Positions 17,215-25,662 of a stretch of DNA of 48,833 nt are shown here, piece by piece (position 1 is the stretch's first letter; each line of letters starts with the position of its first letter). The notes under the pieces were generated by a model. That model had not been told where the DNA came from. It searched no databases and saw only the letters and a program-made list of their open reading frames with translations. The translations under genes were made by a program, and so were the position numbers. Source of the stretch: an uncultured Candidatus Saccharibacteria bacterium (GTDB lineage: Bacteria > Patescibacteriota > Saccharimonadia > Saccharimonadales > Saccharimonadaceae); assembly GCA_964483505.1 (NCBI GenBank), contig CAZAAQ010000001.1:3821-52653 (forward strand), written 5' to 3'.

Positions 17215-20130
17215 ATGGATATCTTTCACTTTTTATTTACGCCTATTGTCTGGATTTCGATTGTCGTCATCTTAGTGATCTTAACAATCCGTAACTACAA
17301 GAAGCTTAATCGTCTCAGCGTGTTGAACGTCGATAGCGTGCTTTTGATGCTCGAAATCCCAAAAGCCAACGACAAGAAGGAACTGGCAGCCGAACAAATG
17401 TTTGCTTCTCTGCATGGTATTTTGCGTGACGCCAACGAGCTCAAAAACTCTGGCGGTGTACAAGAACACCTTTCTTTTGAGATTGCCTCCACTGGTAATC
17501 AAATTCGTTTCTTCGTCTGGGTGCCAAAAATCCTGCAATCATTCGTAGAAGGCCAAATCTATTCTCAATATCCAAGCGTACAAATCTATCGCATGAAAGA
17601 AGATTACGTCGACCGTCGTAGTAATTATCCCGTAGCATATAGTGCCGAAATCGCTTTGACTGATAATGAGGCGCTACCGATTAAAACCTTCGAATCCTTT
17701 GAAGTGGACCCACTCGCTGGCATCACTGGTACTCTAGCCAAGCTCAGTCCAGAAGGTGGCGAAGAATTATGGATTCAAATTTTGACTCGTCCAATTGCCG
17801 ATAGCTGGCATACTAAAACCGAACAATGGATTAGTAGCGTCAAAGCCGGCAAAGGTTTTAGCCTCTTTGGCAAAATTGACTTTGCTTGGTTCGCTCAGGT
17901 TATTGCAGCGCTTTGGCGACCACCAGAGGGCGGCACTGGCTCTACCTCAACCGTTGAACTCTCCGATCGCGATAAAACTCGAATCACCAAAGCCGAAGAA
18001 AAAGCAACTAAGCTTGGCTATGAAGTCAAAATTCGCATTGCCTATGTGGGGCAAAGCCAAATTAACGCTAAACTCAATATGCAAGCTCTCGTTGGAACCT
18101 TTAAACAATACAACTCCACTAACTTGAATGGCTTCAAAATGGTCGGCAGTAGTTTTGATCCAGCCGCATTGGACGCTTACAAAACTCGCCAATTCACCGA
18201 CCATGGTTTTATTCTCAATATTTCCGAGCTAGCTTCGGTCTATCATTTGCCCCACACGAACGTGGAAACGCCAAACATCGTTTGGGCCACTAATAAGACC
18301 GCTGAACCACCAGCCAAATTGCCAATGCTCACCGGCAACCCAAGCTACGACGAAAACATTTCCGCCTTTGGCCTCACGGACTTCCGCGGTATTAAACACC
18401 AGTTCGGCATGTTCCGCCGCGACCGTTCACGCCACGTTTATATCATTGGTCAAACTGGTTCTGGTAAATCTGGTTTGCTTGAGCTGTTCACTTTATCCGA
18501 TATCTATCACAATCAAGGTTATTGCATCATTGATCCGCACGGCGACTTAGCGATGGATAACCTCAAATTTATCCCAGAATCTCGCATTAAAGACGTCGTC
18601 TATTTCAATCCAGCCGACACTCAATACCCAATGGCATTTAACCCACTTGAAGTCTACGATCCTTCCCGCAAGCCGAATATTTCTTCTGAGGTCATCGGCG
18701 TGTTGAAACGGATGTTCGGCGATTCTTGGGGTCCACGTCTAGAGCATATCTTACGCTACACACTGTTGGCGCTATTGGATCGTCCAGAAACAACTCTGCT
18801 CGATATTTCGCGCATGCTGACCGATAAAGATTTTCGCAAAGAAACTTTGGACTATTGCCAAGACGTCACTGTCTTGCAATTCTGGAAACATGAATTCGGT
18901 AGCTGGAGCGAAAAGCAGGTCACAGAATCAGTTGCGCCAGTGCTCAACAAGGTGGGAGCCTTCACGGCTAACCCAATCATTCGCAACATTATTGGCCAAC
19001 CAAAATCTAGCTTTGATATCCGCAAGATTATGGATGAGGGCAAAATCTTTGTCGTTAACCTATCTAAAGGTCTCATCGGTGAGGATAACGCCGCTATTCT
19101 AGGCGCCTTCCTCGTTACTAAAGTCCAGCTAGCCGCCATGTCACGTTCGGATATCGTAAACGTCGAGGACCGTCGCCCATTCTATCTCTATGTTGATGAG
19201 TTCCAAAACTTTGCCACCGATTCCTTCGCAGTCATTCTATCTGAGGCTCGTAAATATGGCCTCAATCTTACGGTCGCCAACCAGTACACTTCACAGATGA
19301 CCGAAGCCGTTCGTGACGCCGTTTTTGGCAACGTCGGTACCACTATTTCCTTCCGCGTCTCCGCCGATGACGCCCCAGAACTAGCCAAACAATTTGAGCC
19401 AGTCTTTGAAGAGGGCGATCTGCTTAATCTTCACAACCGTCACTTTATCGTCTCAATGATTATTAACGGCGAAAAAGCCCCAGCCTTCTCCGCCACCACC
19501 CTCAGTATCCCAGACACTCCAAGTGATCTCACCGCTCAAATAATCCGCAATTCACGTCTACTTTACTCACGCCCACGCGAAGAAGTCGAAGCGGAAATTC
19601 GCGCCAACATTGAAGCCGCCGACAAATGGAAAAAAGAATTATCCGATTCTGGCCGCCAAGACCGCGACGGTGAAGATAGCGGCGACAGGGAAGAGCGCAA
19701 TTCACGCGCCATTCGCCCAACCTATCAGTTTGTCCCTACCCCACAAGCCGAATTCCGCAAACAAAAGATCTCCCCAGACCAAGCCGAGAACGGCACCAAG
19801 TCCAACGGCCTCAAAGATTTGAATAAGCTCTTTGGTGAAAAAATCAGTCAAGTCGAAACCGCCACCGCCGGGCAGGGCGATTCCCCAGCTCAACCACTCT
19901 TTGATAAGCATGCCGGCAACCCAAACATTGTCCACCCTGCTAATGACCGGCTATTCCAAGAAAATGATAGCCGCGCTGTACAAGCAGACGATCCGCAACG
20001 GCTTAATCGCCCGGCTATTTCATCCAACGGCGTCATCAATCTTGATTATGAGGCCACTCCAGCGCCTTCAGAACGCAATCGCAACAAGAACCGCAATCAT
20101 AACCGCAACCATAGCAAAAACCGCAACTAG
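17215..20130 (+). CDS. membrane-anchored P-loop ATPase of the VirD4/TraG/HerA-FtsK (type IV coupling protein-like) class
   Basis: 971 aa. N-terminal TM helix, a roughly 390-aa domain of unknown function, Walker A GQTGSGKSG (nt 18448-18474), Walker B LYVDEFQNF, and a roughly 190-aa disordered tail ending in NRNKNRNHNRNHSKNRN. Confidence 0.7.
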   Translation: MDIFHFLFTPIVWISIVVILVILTIRNYKKLNRLSVLNVDSVLLMLEIPKANDKKELAAEQMFASLHGILRDANELKNSGGVQEHLSFEIASTGNQIRFFVWVPKILQSFVEGQIYSQYPSVQIYRMKEDYVDRRSNYPVAYSAEIALTDNEALPIKTFESFEVDPLAGITGTLAKLSPEGGEELWIQILTRPIADSWHTKTEQWISSVKAGKGFSLFGKIDFAWFAQVIAALWRPPEGGTGSTSTVELSDRDKTRITKAEEKATKLGYEVKIRIAYVGQSQINAKLNMQALVGTFKQYNSTNLNGFKMVGSSFDPAALDAYKTRQFTDHGFILNISELASVYHLPHTNVETPNIVWATNKTAEPPAKLPMLTGNPSYDENISAFGLTDFRGIKHQFGMFRRDRSRHVYIIGQTGSGKSGLLELFTLSDIYHNQGYCIIDPHGDLAMDNLKFIPESRIKDVVYFNPADTQYPMAFNPLEVYDPSRKPNISSEVIGVLKRMFGDSWGPRLEHILRYTLLALLDRPETTLLDISRMLTDKDFRKETLDYCQDVTVLQFWKHEFGSWSEKQVTESVAPVLNKVGAFTANPIIRNIIGQPKSSFDIRKIMDEGKIFVVNLSKGLIGEDNAAILGAFLVTKVQLAAMSRSDIVNVEDRRPFYLYVDEFQNFATDSFAVILSEARKYGLNLTVANQYTSQMTEAVRDAVFGNVGTTISFRVSADDAPELAKQFEPVFEEGDLLNLHNRHFIVSMIINGEKAPAFSATTLSIPDTPSDLTAQIIRNSRLLYSRPREEVEAEIRANIEAADKWKKELSDSGRQDRDGEDSGDREERNSRAIRPTYQFVPTPQAEFRKQKISPDQAENGTKSNGLKDLNKLFGEKISQVETATAGQGDSPAQPLFDKHAGNPNIVHPANDRLFQENDSRAVQADDPQRLNRPAISSNGVINLDYEATPAPSERNRNKNRNHNRNHSKNRN

Positions 20131-20321
20131 CGCCTTTTACGCAGTCATTAGGCTATGTCCGAAAAAACGCTAGAAACCACTTTTGATTTTTAATCTCGTC
20201 AACTTGCGGTACCAATACTAAAAAATATCCAGACAAAAACCGAACATCAACCAGCAGGGAAGCCATAACTGTTTTTGTTATGTCATTTATGCCATTACAA
20301 AAATAATGCATACTTCCCCTT

Positions 20322-20338
20322 CTCTGTTCCACCCCTAT
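20322..20338. repeat. left arm of an inverted repeat, CTCTGTTCCACCCCTAT
   Basis: The reverse complement of 21072-21087 is CTCTGTTCTCCCCTAT, which is identical except for CA versus T. Confidence 0.6.
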
Positions 20339-20375
20339 AATTTTTTGCGCTCATTGCGTCAACCAGCGGACAAAC

Positions 20376-20392
20376 TCACCCCTGTAAAACCT
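20376..20392 (+). repeat. TCACCCCTGTAAAACCT repeat, copy b
   Basis: The exact 14-mer TCACCCCTGTAAAA also occurs at 20875-20888. A variant with an 8-nt internal duplication is at 13112-13137. Confidence 0.7.
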
Positions 20393-20874
20393 CAAATTAA
20401 CAGATAAGATGCCAGTACAGATAAAGCCAGCCATCATAGGTTTTAGACCGATATGCACAAAATCAAGTTCAGAAACAGCAACAGCCACAGTAGGGCAAAT
20501 ACAGAACCGCAACGCAAGGCTATTAGCAGCCAGCCGGCAGATTCTAAGCATAATCGAGACGAGTGTTTATGCGTCTTTTTGCCAAACATGAAATGTCGCA
20601 CAATATATCTTTTGCGACTTAATAACTGGTAAAGTCGGTTCAGCAACTATATATCCCACATGCTGATAGTCTCCAGCAGAACAGACCGACCCACTACAAA
20701 TCTACTAACAGTTTTATCATTATTAATGCATTAAACCCGCTGGATATTTACTTATTCGCAACGTTTTTTCAGGTAGAATCGCAGGCTCTACGACTACTAA
20801 GACATCCATCTAAGCCACTTTTTAAGCCTAAATTCATTTGGAAAATTTGACATTTTGACAACAGTTTTTCCACA

Positions 20875-20888
20875 TCACCCCTGTAAAA
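20875..20888 (+). repeat. TCACCCCTGTAAAA repeat, copy c
   Basis: Exact 14-mer match to 20376-20389. Confidence 0.7.
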
Positions 20889-20894
20889 ATATAT

Positions 20895-20903
20895 ATTATA
20901 ACA
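20895..20903 (-). promoter_or_regulatory. orphan extended -10 box TGTTATAAT on the - strand
   Basis: The reverse complement of ATTATAACA. It points into the ORF-poor gap, and the predicted transcript would begin with TTTTACAGGGGTGA. Confidence 0.4.
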
Positions 20904-20926
20904 TATTTACTTACTACATTGCAAGT

Positions 20927-20942
20927 ATTTCACGCGTGAAAT
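20927..20942. repeat. perfect 16-bp palindrome ATTTCACGCGTGAAAT
   Basis: Self-complementary, read directly. A second perfect 12-bp palindrome, TTAATGCATTAA, lies at 20723-20734. Confidence 0.8.
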
Positions 20943-20988
20943 TGTCCCTAATTCTAATTTTTGATTACCCTGTTCTTTGCTCTTCTCT

Positions 20989-21014
20989 ACCCCTGTTTAA
21001 CAGATAGAAAACCG
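20989..21014 (+). repeat. ACCCCTGTTTAACAGATAGAAAACCG composite repeat, copy d
   Basis: Shares CCCCTGT with copies a-c and TAACAGATA(G/C)AAAACCG with 31851-31867. Confidence 0.55.
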
Positions 21015-21071
21015 CGCTCAGCCCTATTCACTGATCATTCCTCGCCGACGCCTTCCGAACAAAAACCGAAC

Positions 21072-21087
21072 ATAGGGGAGAACAGAG
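21072..21087. repeat. right arm of the inverted repeat, ATAGGGGAGAACAGAG
   Basis: See 20322-20338. It abuts the AAAAACCGAACAT copy at 21061-21073. Confidence 0.6.
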
Positions 21088-21115
21088 CATAATTTTCCTC
21101 AAAAGCCCTCAAACC

Positions 21116-21757
21116 TTATTTGTAATACGCCCTACCCTCGACTCTCAAATCAACATAAGTACAACTAATATTTTTATCATTCAGATACTTAATCATATGT
21201 GACATATCCTCAGCCTGCACTGCACTACTGCGATCAATTGATAATTTATAATATTCATTGCGGCCCTGAATATAAACAACGATTTCTCGAGCCATATTAA
21301 GGGGCAGCACGACGTGATCTACGGTATAACCATAGGTCTTAGTATCCGCTTCTAGATGCGCTACGAATTCTTTCACTCGGGAGCTGACATTATCACCACT
21401 ATTTTCGTCGATAATCTTAACCGTTGGTGTAATAGCGGCAGCCTGGTCAGCGGCTTCCAATGCCTTACGTTCTTTCATCATATCCACCAAAAAACTTGCT
21501 ACTAATACCGCTAGAGTTGCGATGATTGCCAACACCACCAGTATCACGATGACGTTCTTTCGGTCTTTTTTCTTACGCGCCTCAATCCGTTCCAATTCAA
21601 CTTCACGGTTCTGACGACTCTCGCCCGCAATCGTGCGACCGATGCGAAAACTATCGTCATTCACATGATGGCGACGGCGATAAACCAACGCTTCATTTTC
21701 ATCGGGCTGGCTATTTTTTTGATGGCCAGCAGCTTTTTTACCCCGCCACCACTTCAT
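21116..21757 (-). CDS. single-pass membrane protein, function unknown (possible divisome accessory, FtsQ/DivIB-like position)
   Basis: 213 aa with a basic N-terminus, TM helix VIVILVVLAIIATLAVLVASFLV and a roughly 115-aa outer domain ending YVDLRVEGRAYYK. The start abuts the pgk stop. Confidence 0.45.
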   Translation of the reverse strand: MKWWRGKKAAGHQKNSQPDENEALVYRRRHHVNDDSFRIGRTIAGESRQNREVELERIEARKKKDRKNVIVILVVLAIIATLAVLVASFLVDMMKERKALEAADQAAAITPTVKIIDENSGDNVSSRVKEFVAHLEADTKTYGYTVDHVVLPLNMAREIVVYIQGRNEYYKLSIDRSSAVQAEDMSHMIKYLNDKNISCTYVDLRVEGRAYYK

Positions 21758-21758
21758 A

Positions 21759-22832
21759 TTAGTTGTCTTGTAGCACCTCTAAGCCTGGTAATTTCTTCCC
21801 AGATAGTAATTCCAAGCTAGCGCCACCACCAGTAGAGATTAGTGAATACTTCAAGCTATCATCTTGAGCCGCAAGCCCTTCCACAAAGCCAGCCGTGTCG
21901 CCGCCACCGATAATTGTGGTCGCTTGACTGTGGCCCATAGCCTTGGCGACTTCTAGCGAACCAGCTGCAAAACGTGGATCTTCAACCATGCCGAGTGTGC
22001 CATTCCACACAATCGTCTTGGCTTGGCTAACCATATGCACAATCTCCGTGATGCTATCGGAACCGATATCCAACTTAACGCCATTCTCATCCGTTGCAAA
22101 GTCTTGTGCAACGTAAACCTTGCCATCTTGGCTTTGATAACCATCAGCTGCAATCTTACCGCCGACCGCAATCATGTCCGCAATCGGCAAGAAAGTCGCA
22201 ATCATCGGCTCTTTATCGGCAACTTTTGCTCCACCGATAATCACGAGCAACGGATGCTCCGGATTTGTAATTGCGCCTTCAAGACTAGTTACCTCTTTTT
22301 CAACCAAGAAACCTGCCACCGCCGGCAATTGCTTAGCGATCGCATCAGTTGAAGCATGTGCGCGGTGAATAACCGCAAAACCATCTTGCACAAAAATCTC
22401 GGCACCAGTGCTAGCAATAATTTGCTGCGCAAACTCTACCGAGTCCGCTTCTTCATCGGGGAAGAAACGCAAGTTTTCCAACATTAAGATTCCGCCAGTT
22501 GGCAATTCTGACACCGCCGCTTGGACTTTTTCGCCATAGCAAGCATCGACAAATTTGACTGTCTCATTTGGCAATAATTCGGCCAATTTTTGTGCCGCTG
22601 GAGCCAGAGAGAACTCCGGCTTAACTTCCCCATCCGGGCGTCCAAGATGCGAAATCAAAATAATTTTTTGGCTGCCCTGCTCTTTTAAATATTGTAAAGT
22701 CGGTAAACTGCTACGAATCCGCATGTCTTCCGTGATCACACCATTTTGCATTGGCACATTATAATCTACCCGAACCAATACGACTTTACCGTTTACATCA
22801 ATATCTCTAATAGTTTTCTTTCGAAATGACAT
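21759..22832 (-). CDS. pgk: phosphoglycerate kinase
   Basis: 357 aa with the VRVDYNVP N-terminal signature and C-terminal STGGGASLELL. SD AAGGAGG lies upstream. Confidence 0.9.
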   Translation of the reverse strand: MSFRKKTIRDIDVNGKVVLVRVDYNVPMQNGVITEDMRIRSSLPTLQYLKEQGSQKIILISHLGRPDGEVKPEFSLAPAAQKLAELLPNETVKFVDACYGEKVQAAVSELPTGGILMLENLRFFPDEEADSVEFAQQIIASTGAEIFVQDGFAVIHRAHASTDAIAKQLPAVAGFLVEKEVTSLEGAITNPEHPLLVIIGGAKVADKEPMIATFLPIADMIAVGGKIAADGYQSQDGKVYVAQDFATDENGVKLDIGSDSITEIVHMVSQAKTIVWNGTLGMVEDPRFAAGSLEVAKAMGHSQATTIIGGGDTAGFVEGLAAQDDSLKYSLISTGGGASLELLSGKKLPGLEVLQDN

Positions 22833-22844
22833 CTCTGCCTCCTT

Positions 22845-24278
22845 TTAAATGTGACGAATTTCAATCGAATTAGTACCACCCTGCTCATCTCTTAAGCCAG
22901 AGACTAATACAACTAGCAATGAATCTTTGCCTTCCGGTACGCGCAAATAGCCTCTATCTTTAAGCTCTTGCGCTAGGTCAAAGGCATAATTTTCATCATA
23001 TGGGCGCACAAACGACACATTTGAATAAGTCAACGCCAGTTGACCAGCCACCCGCGGGTCGCTCGTTACCGAAAGCGTTGGGATGTTTGGGCGTTGCGCC
23101 GCAATTGCCGCTGCCGTTGCACCGCTCTTAGTCGCCGCAACAATTAAATCAGCGTCAATTTGCTCAGCCATCTGGACTGCTGCGCGCGCAATTGCATCAT
23201 AGTTATGATATTCGCCGACCGGCTCAGACTCAATCGCCGAAATCTTCGAGTTCGCTTGTGTATACAGAATTACCTTTTTCATCTCTTTAATAGCTTCAAT
23301 TGGATACTTACCATTGGCTGTCTCATCTGACAACATCACTGCGTCTGCGCCCAAAATCACCGCCGTTGCGACATCGCTCACTTCGGCTCGCGTCGGCTCT
23401 GGATTGTCCACCATGCTAGCCATCATTTGAGTTGCCACAATACAAAGCTTCGAATATTGGCGACATAAGGCAATCAATTTACGTTGTACGATTGGTACAA
23501 CTTCTGCTCCGGCTTCTACCGCCATGTCCCCACGCGCAATCATGATACCGTCTGTTGCTTTAACAATAGCTTCCATCGCTTCGTCAGACTCAATGGCTTT
23601 TTTAGTTTCAATCTTAGCAATAATTTGCGCCGTGCTACCGTGACCCACCAAAATTTGGCGCAATTTTTCAATATCTTCAGCTGATTGAATAAAGCTCATC
23701 GCGACATAATCAAAATCACGCGACGCTCCAAACTCAAGGTCAGCTAAATCCTTATCAGTGATAATGTCGCCGCCAAGATCAGTGTCTGGCAAGTTAATGC
23801 CCTTATGGCTCATAATAAAGCCATCATTTTCAATTTCAATCTTGATTGCTGTAGCTGAAGCAATTTCTACAACTTTCGCGCGAATCTTTCCATCAAATAG
23901 AAAAATCGGCTCACCAACTTTTACTTTTTCCGCCAGGTTATATTGTACAGGTAGACAATTGCCGCCATCGTGCTCTTCGACCGCATGATCGAGAATCAAT
24001 ACATCGCCTGTATGAACATCATAATGGTTATCTTTTAGATCGCCCAAACGAATCTTCGGACCTTGCAAGTCTTGCACGATAGCCACGGATTTACCGCGCT
24101 CCGCCGCATATTTACGAATAATACGAATTTGTTCGTCTCGCTCATCGTAGGTACCGTGGCTAAAATTTAGGCGAAAGCCATTTACGCCGGCATAAACCAT
24201 CTCTTTTAATTTGTCTTCAGCAAAGACCGACGGACCAACCGTCGCTAGGATTTTTGTTCTTTTTAGTAATTTGCTCAT
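22845..24278 (-). CDS. pyk: pyruvate kinase
   Basis: 477 aa with KILATVGP, GVNGFRLNFSHG and MIARGDMAVE motifs. Confidence 0.92.
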   Translation of the reverse strand: MSKLLKRTKILATVGPSVFAEDKLKEMVYAGVNGFRLNFSHGTYDERDEQIRIIRKYAAERGKSVAIVQDLQGPKIRLGDLKDNHYDVHTGDVLILDHAVEEHDGGNCLPVQYNLAEKVKVGEPIFLFDGKIRAKVVEIASATAIKIEIENDGFIMSHKGINLPDTDLGGDIITDKDLADLEFGASRDFDYVAMSFIQSAEDIEKLRQILVGHGSTAQIIAKIETKKAIESDEAMEAIVKATDGIMIARGDMAVEAGAEVVPIVQRKLIALCRQYSKLCIVATQMMASMVDNPEPTRAEVSDVATAVILGADAVMLSDETANGKYPIEAIKEMKKVILYTQANSKISAIESEPVGEYHNYDAIARAAVQMAEQIDADLIVAATKSGATAAAIAAQRPNIPTLSVTSDPRVAGQLALTYSNVSFVRPYDENYAFDLAQELKDRGYLRVPEGKDSLLVVLVSGLRDEQGGTNSIEIRHI

Positions 24279-24284
24279 ATAACT

Positions 24285-24293
24285 ATCTTACCA
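24285..24293 (-). promoter_or_regulatory. extended -10 box TGGTAAGAT, 6 nt upstream of pyk ATG
   Basis: The reverse complement of ATCTTACCA. No SD. Confidence 0.45.
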
Positions 24294-24324
24294 TATCCGC
24301 TATCATCACTCATCAAAACTATCA

Positions 24325-24356
24325 TAAAAAATGGTCTAGCTCTTTAAACTAGACCA
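24325..24356 (-). terminator. intrinsic terminator after tRNA-Glu(UUC)
   Basis: Hairpin GGTCTAG / CTAGACC followed by a T-run on the - strand. Confidence 0.6.
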
Positions 24357-24368
24357 ATATTGCAAAAC

Positions 24369-24444
24369 TGGTGATCACGGTGGGACTCGAACCCACGATT
24401 GCCAGGATGAAAACCTGGAGTCCTAACCACTAGACGACGTGACC
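24369..24444 (-). tRNA. tRNA-Glu(UUC)
   Basis: Hand-folded. Acceptor GGTCACG/CGTGATC, anticodon loop TTTTCAT, T-arm GTGGG-TTCGAGT-CCCAC, encoded CCA. Confidence 0.88.
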
Positions 24445-24489
24445 AGTATCGTTATTTTAACATAGAACCAAACGTCAGTCCAGTTATTT

Positions 24490-25662
24490 CTAATCTTTTA
24501 TCACCCCAAGAATCATTACCGCTAAGTTCTTTGCGGCATCATCTTTCGCAAAACCCCGCAAATTTTTCGCATACGTCTCGCGTTTTTCTTTGTCTTTAAT
24601 CATGCTTTTTATGGCTTTTAACAACATTCCTGGTTGATCACACATTTCCTCATCTTGTACCACTATGGCCGCCTTAGCTTTGGCATATGCTTCGGCATTC
24701 TTCACCTGGTGATGACCGGGCAATTTTTGATTTGGCACCATAATCACTGCCTTGCCCATACTAGCCAGCTCAGACATGGTGGATGCCCCCGCGCGACTCA
24801 CTACGACATCGGCCGCCCCAAATAATTTCCACATCTCACTCGAAAATTCCAACATCCGGAAATTCGATTGCAATTTACCATTTTCCCACCGCTCATAATC
24901 TTTTAAATCTAGCATTTCTGGATACCGTTCCCGCCCCGCAACCAGTAGCACACTGGTCGTTTTGAGCAACTCTGGTAAGATATCTCGAATCGCGATATTG
25001 ATATGCTCTGCCCCCAAACTGCCTCCGGTAACCACAGTTAAAGGCTGTTCTGGATCAAACCCTAATTCACGTTTCAAACTTTTTTGCGTCGCGGCATTCG
25101 TTGGACGGAACTCTTCACTGACCGGAATGCCAGTCCATTCCGCCTTTTCGGCCGGATAAGAATAATATTCCAATGGCATTCCCGTCGCAATTTTAACCGC
25201 TCGCTTTGCTAGCACTCGGTTAGTCAAGCCCGGTACCGTGTCGCTATCATGAATCACGTAAGGAATTCTTAGAATTTTTGCCGCCACTCCGACCGGCAAA
25301 CAAGTGTAGCCGCCTTTCAGAAAAATTACATCTGGTCGGTTCGCAATCAAACGCCATATGCTCTGGCAAAAACCACCAATAATTCTAAAGAAATCCGCCA
25401 CATTTTTTAGTACAACATCGAAATGTTCCAAATACATCAAAAAAGTAAAGTTTGTATAGCGGCGCAACTTTCCCGCCGCCACTTTTCGCACCGTCAGCGA
25501 CATCCCACTTTCTATCGTAATCTTTTTGACGTTTTTGTAATATTTTTTATCAGTCCAAAATTCAATCTTGGCACGTGGTTTAATTTTCCAAATTTCACGA
25601 ACGACGGCTACTATTGGCGTAACGTGTCCGCCGCTTCCCCCACCTACTACTAGAATCTTCAT
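24490..25662 (-). CDS. murG: undecaprenyldiphospho-muramoylpentapeptide beta-N-acetylglucosaminyltransferase
   Basis: Start set at MKILVVGGGSGGHVTP, the canonical MurG N-terminus. It overlaps the ftsW 3' end by 68 nt. Confidence 0.88.
   Translation of the reverse strand: MKILVVGGGSGGHVTPIVAVVREIWKIKPRAKIEFWTDKKYYKNVKKITIESGMSLTVRKVAAGKLRRYTNFTFLMYLEHFDVVLKNVADFFRIIGGFCQSIWRLIANRPDVIFLKGGYTCLPVGVAAKILRIPYVIHDSDTVPGLTNRVLAKRAVKIATGMPLEYYSYPAEKAEWTGIPVSEEFRPTNAATQKSLKRELGFDPEQPLTVVTGGSLGAEHINIAIRDILPELLKTTSVLLVAGRERYPEMLDLKDYERWENGKLQSNFRMLEFSSEMWKLFGAADVVVSRAGASTMSELASMGKAVIMVPNQKLPGHHQVKNAEAYAKAKAAIVVQDEEMCDQPGMLLKAIKSMIKDKEKRETYAKNLRGFAKDDAAKNLAVMILGVIKD

Noticed and set aside
20879-20908. 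A dif-like XerC/D site marking a replication terminus. The genes switch from + to - orientation across the 20-21 kb gap. AATATATATTATAACAT at 20888-20904 resembles the central region and right arm of Firmicute dif (TATATA-TTATGT), and AAATATAT / ACATATTT form imperfect inverted arms.
   Set aside because: Only 6 of 11 positions of the putative XerD arm match, and the sequence is low-complexity AT. My hand tally of G versus C on eight sampled 60-nt lines per side gave about 115 G to 121 C on the left and 85 G to 136 C on the right of the + strand. There is therefore no sign flip in GC skew, as a terminus would show. The same bases also form a good - strand TGTTATAAT promoter. It would be worth a cumulative GC-skew plot on the whole genome, but the window does not support it.
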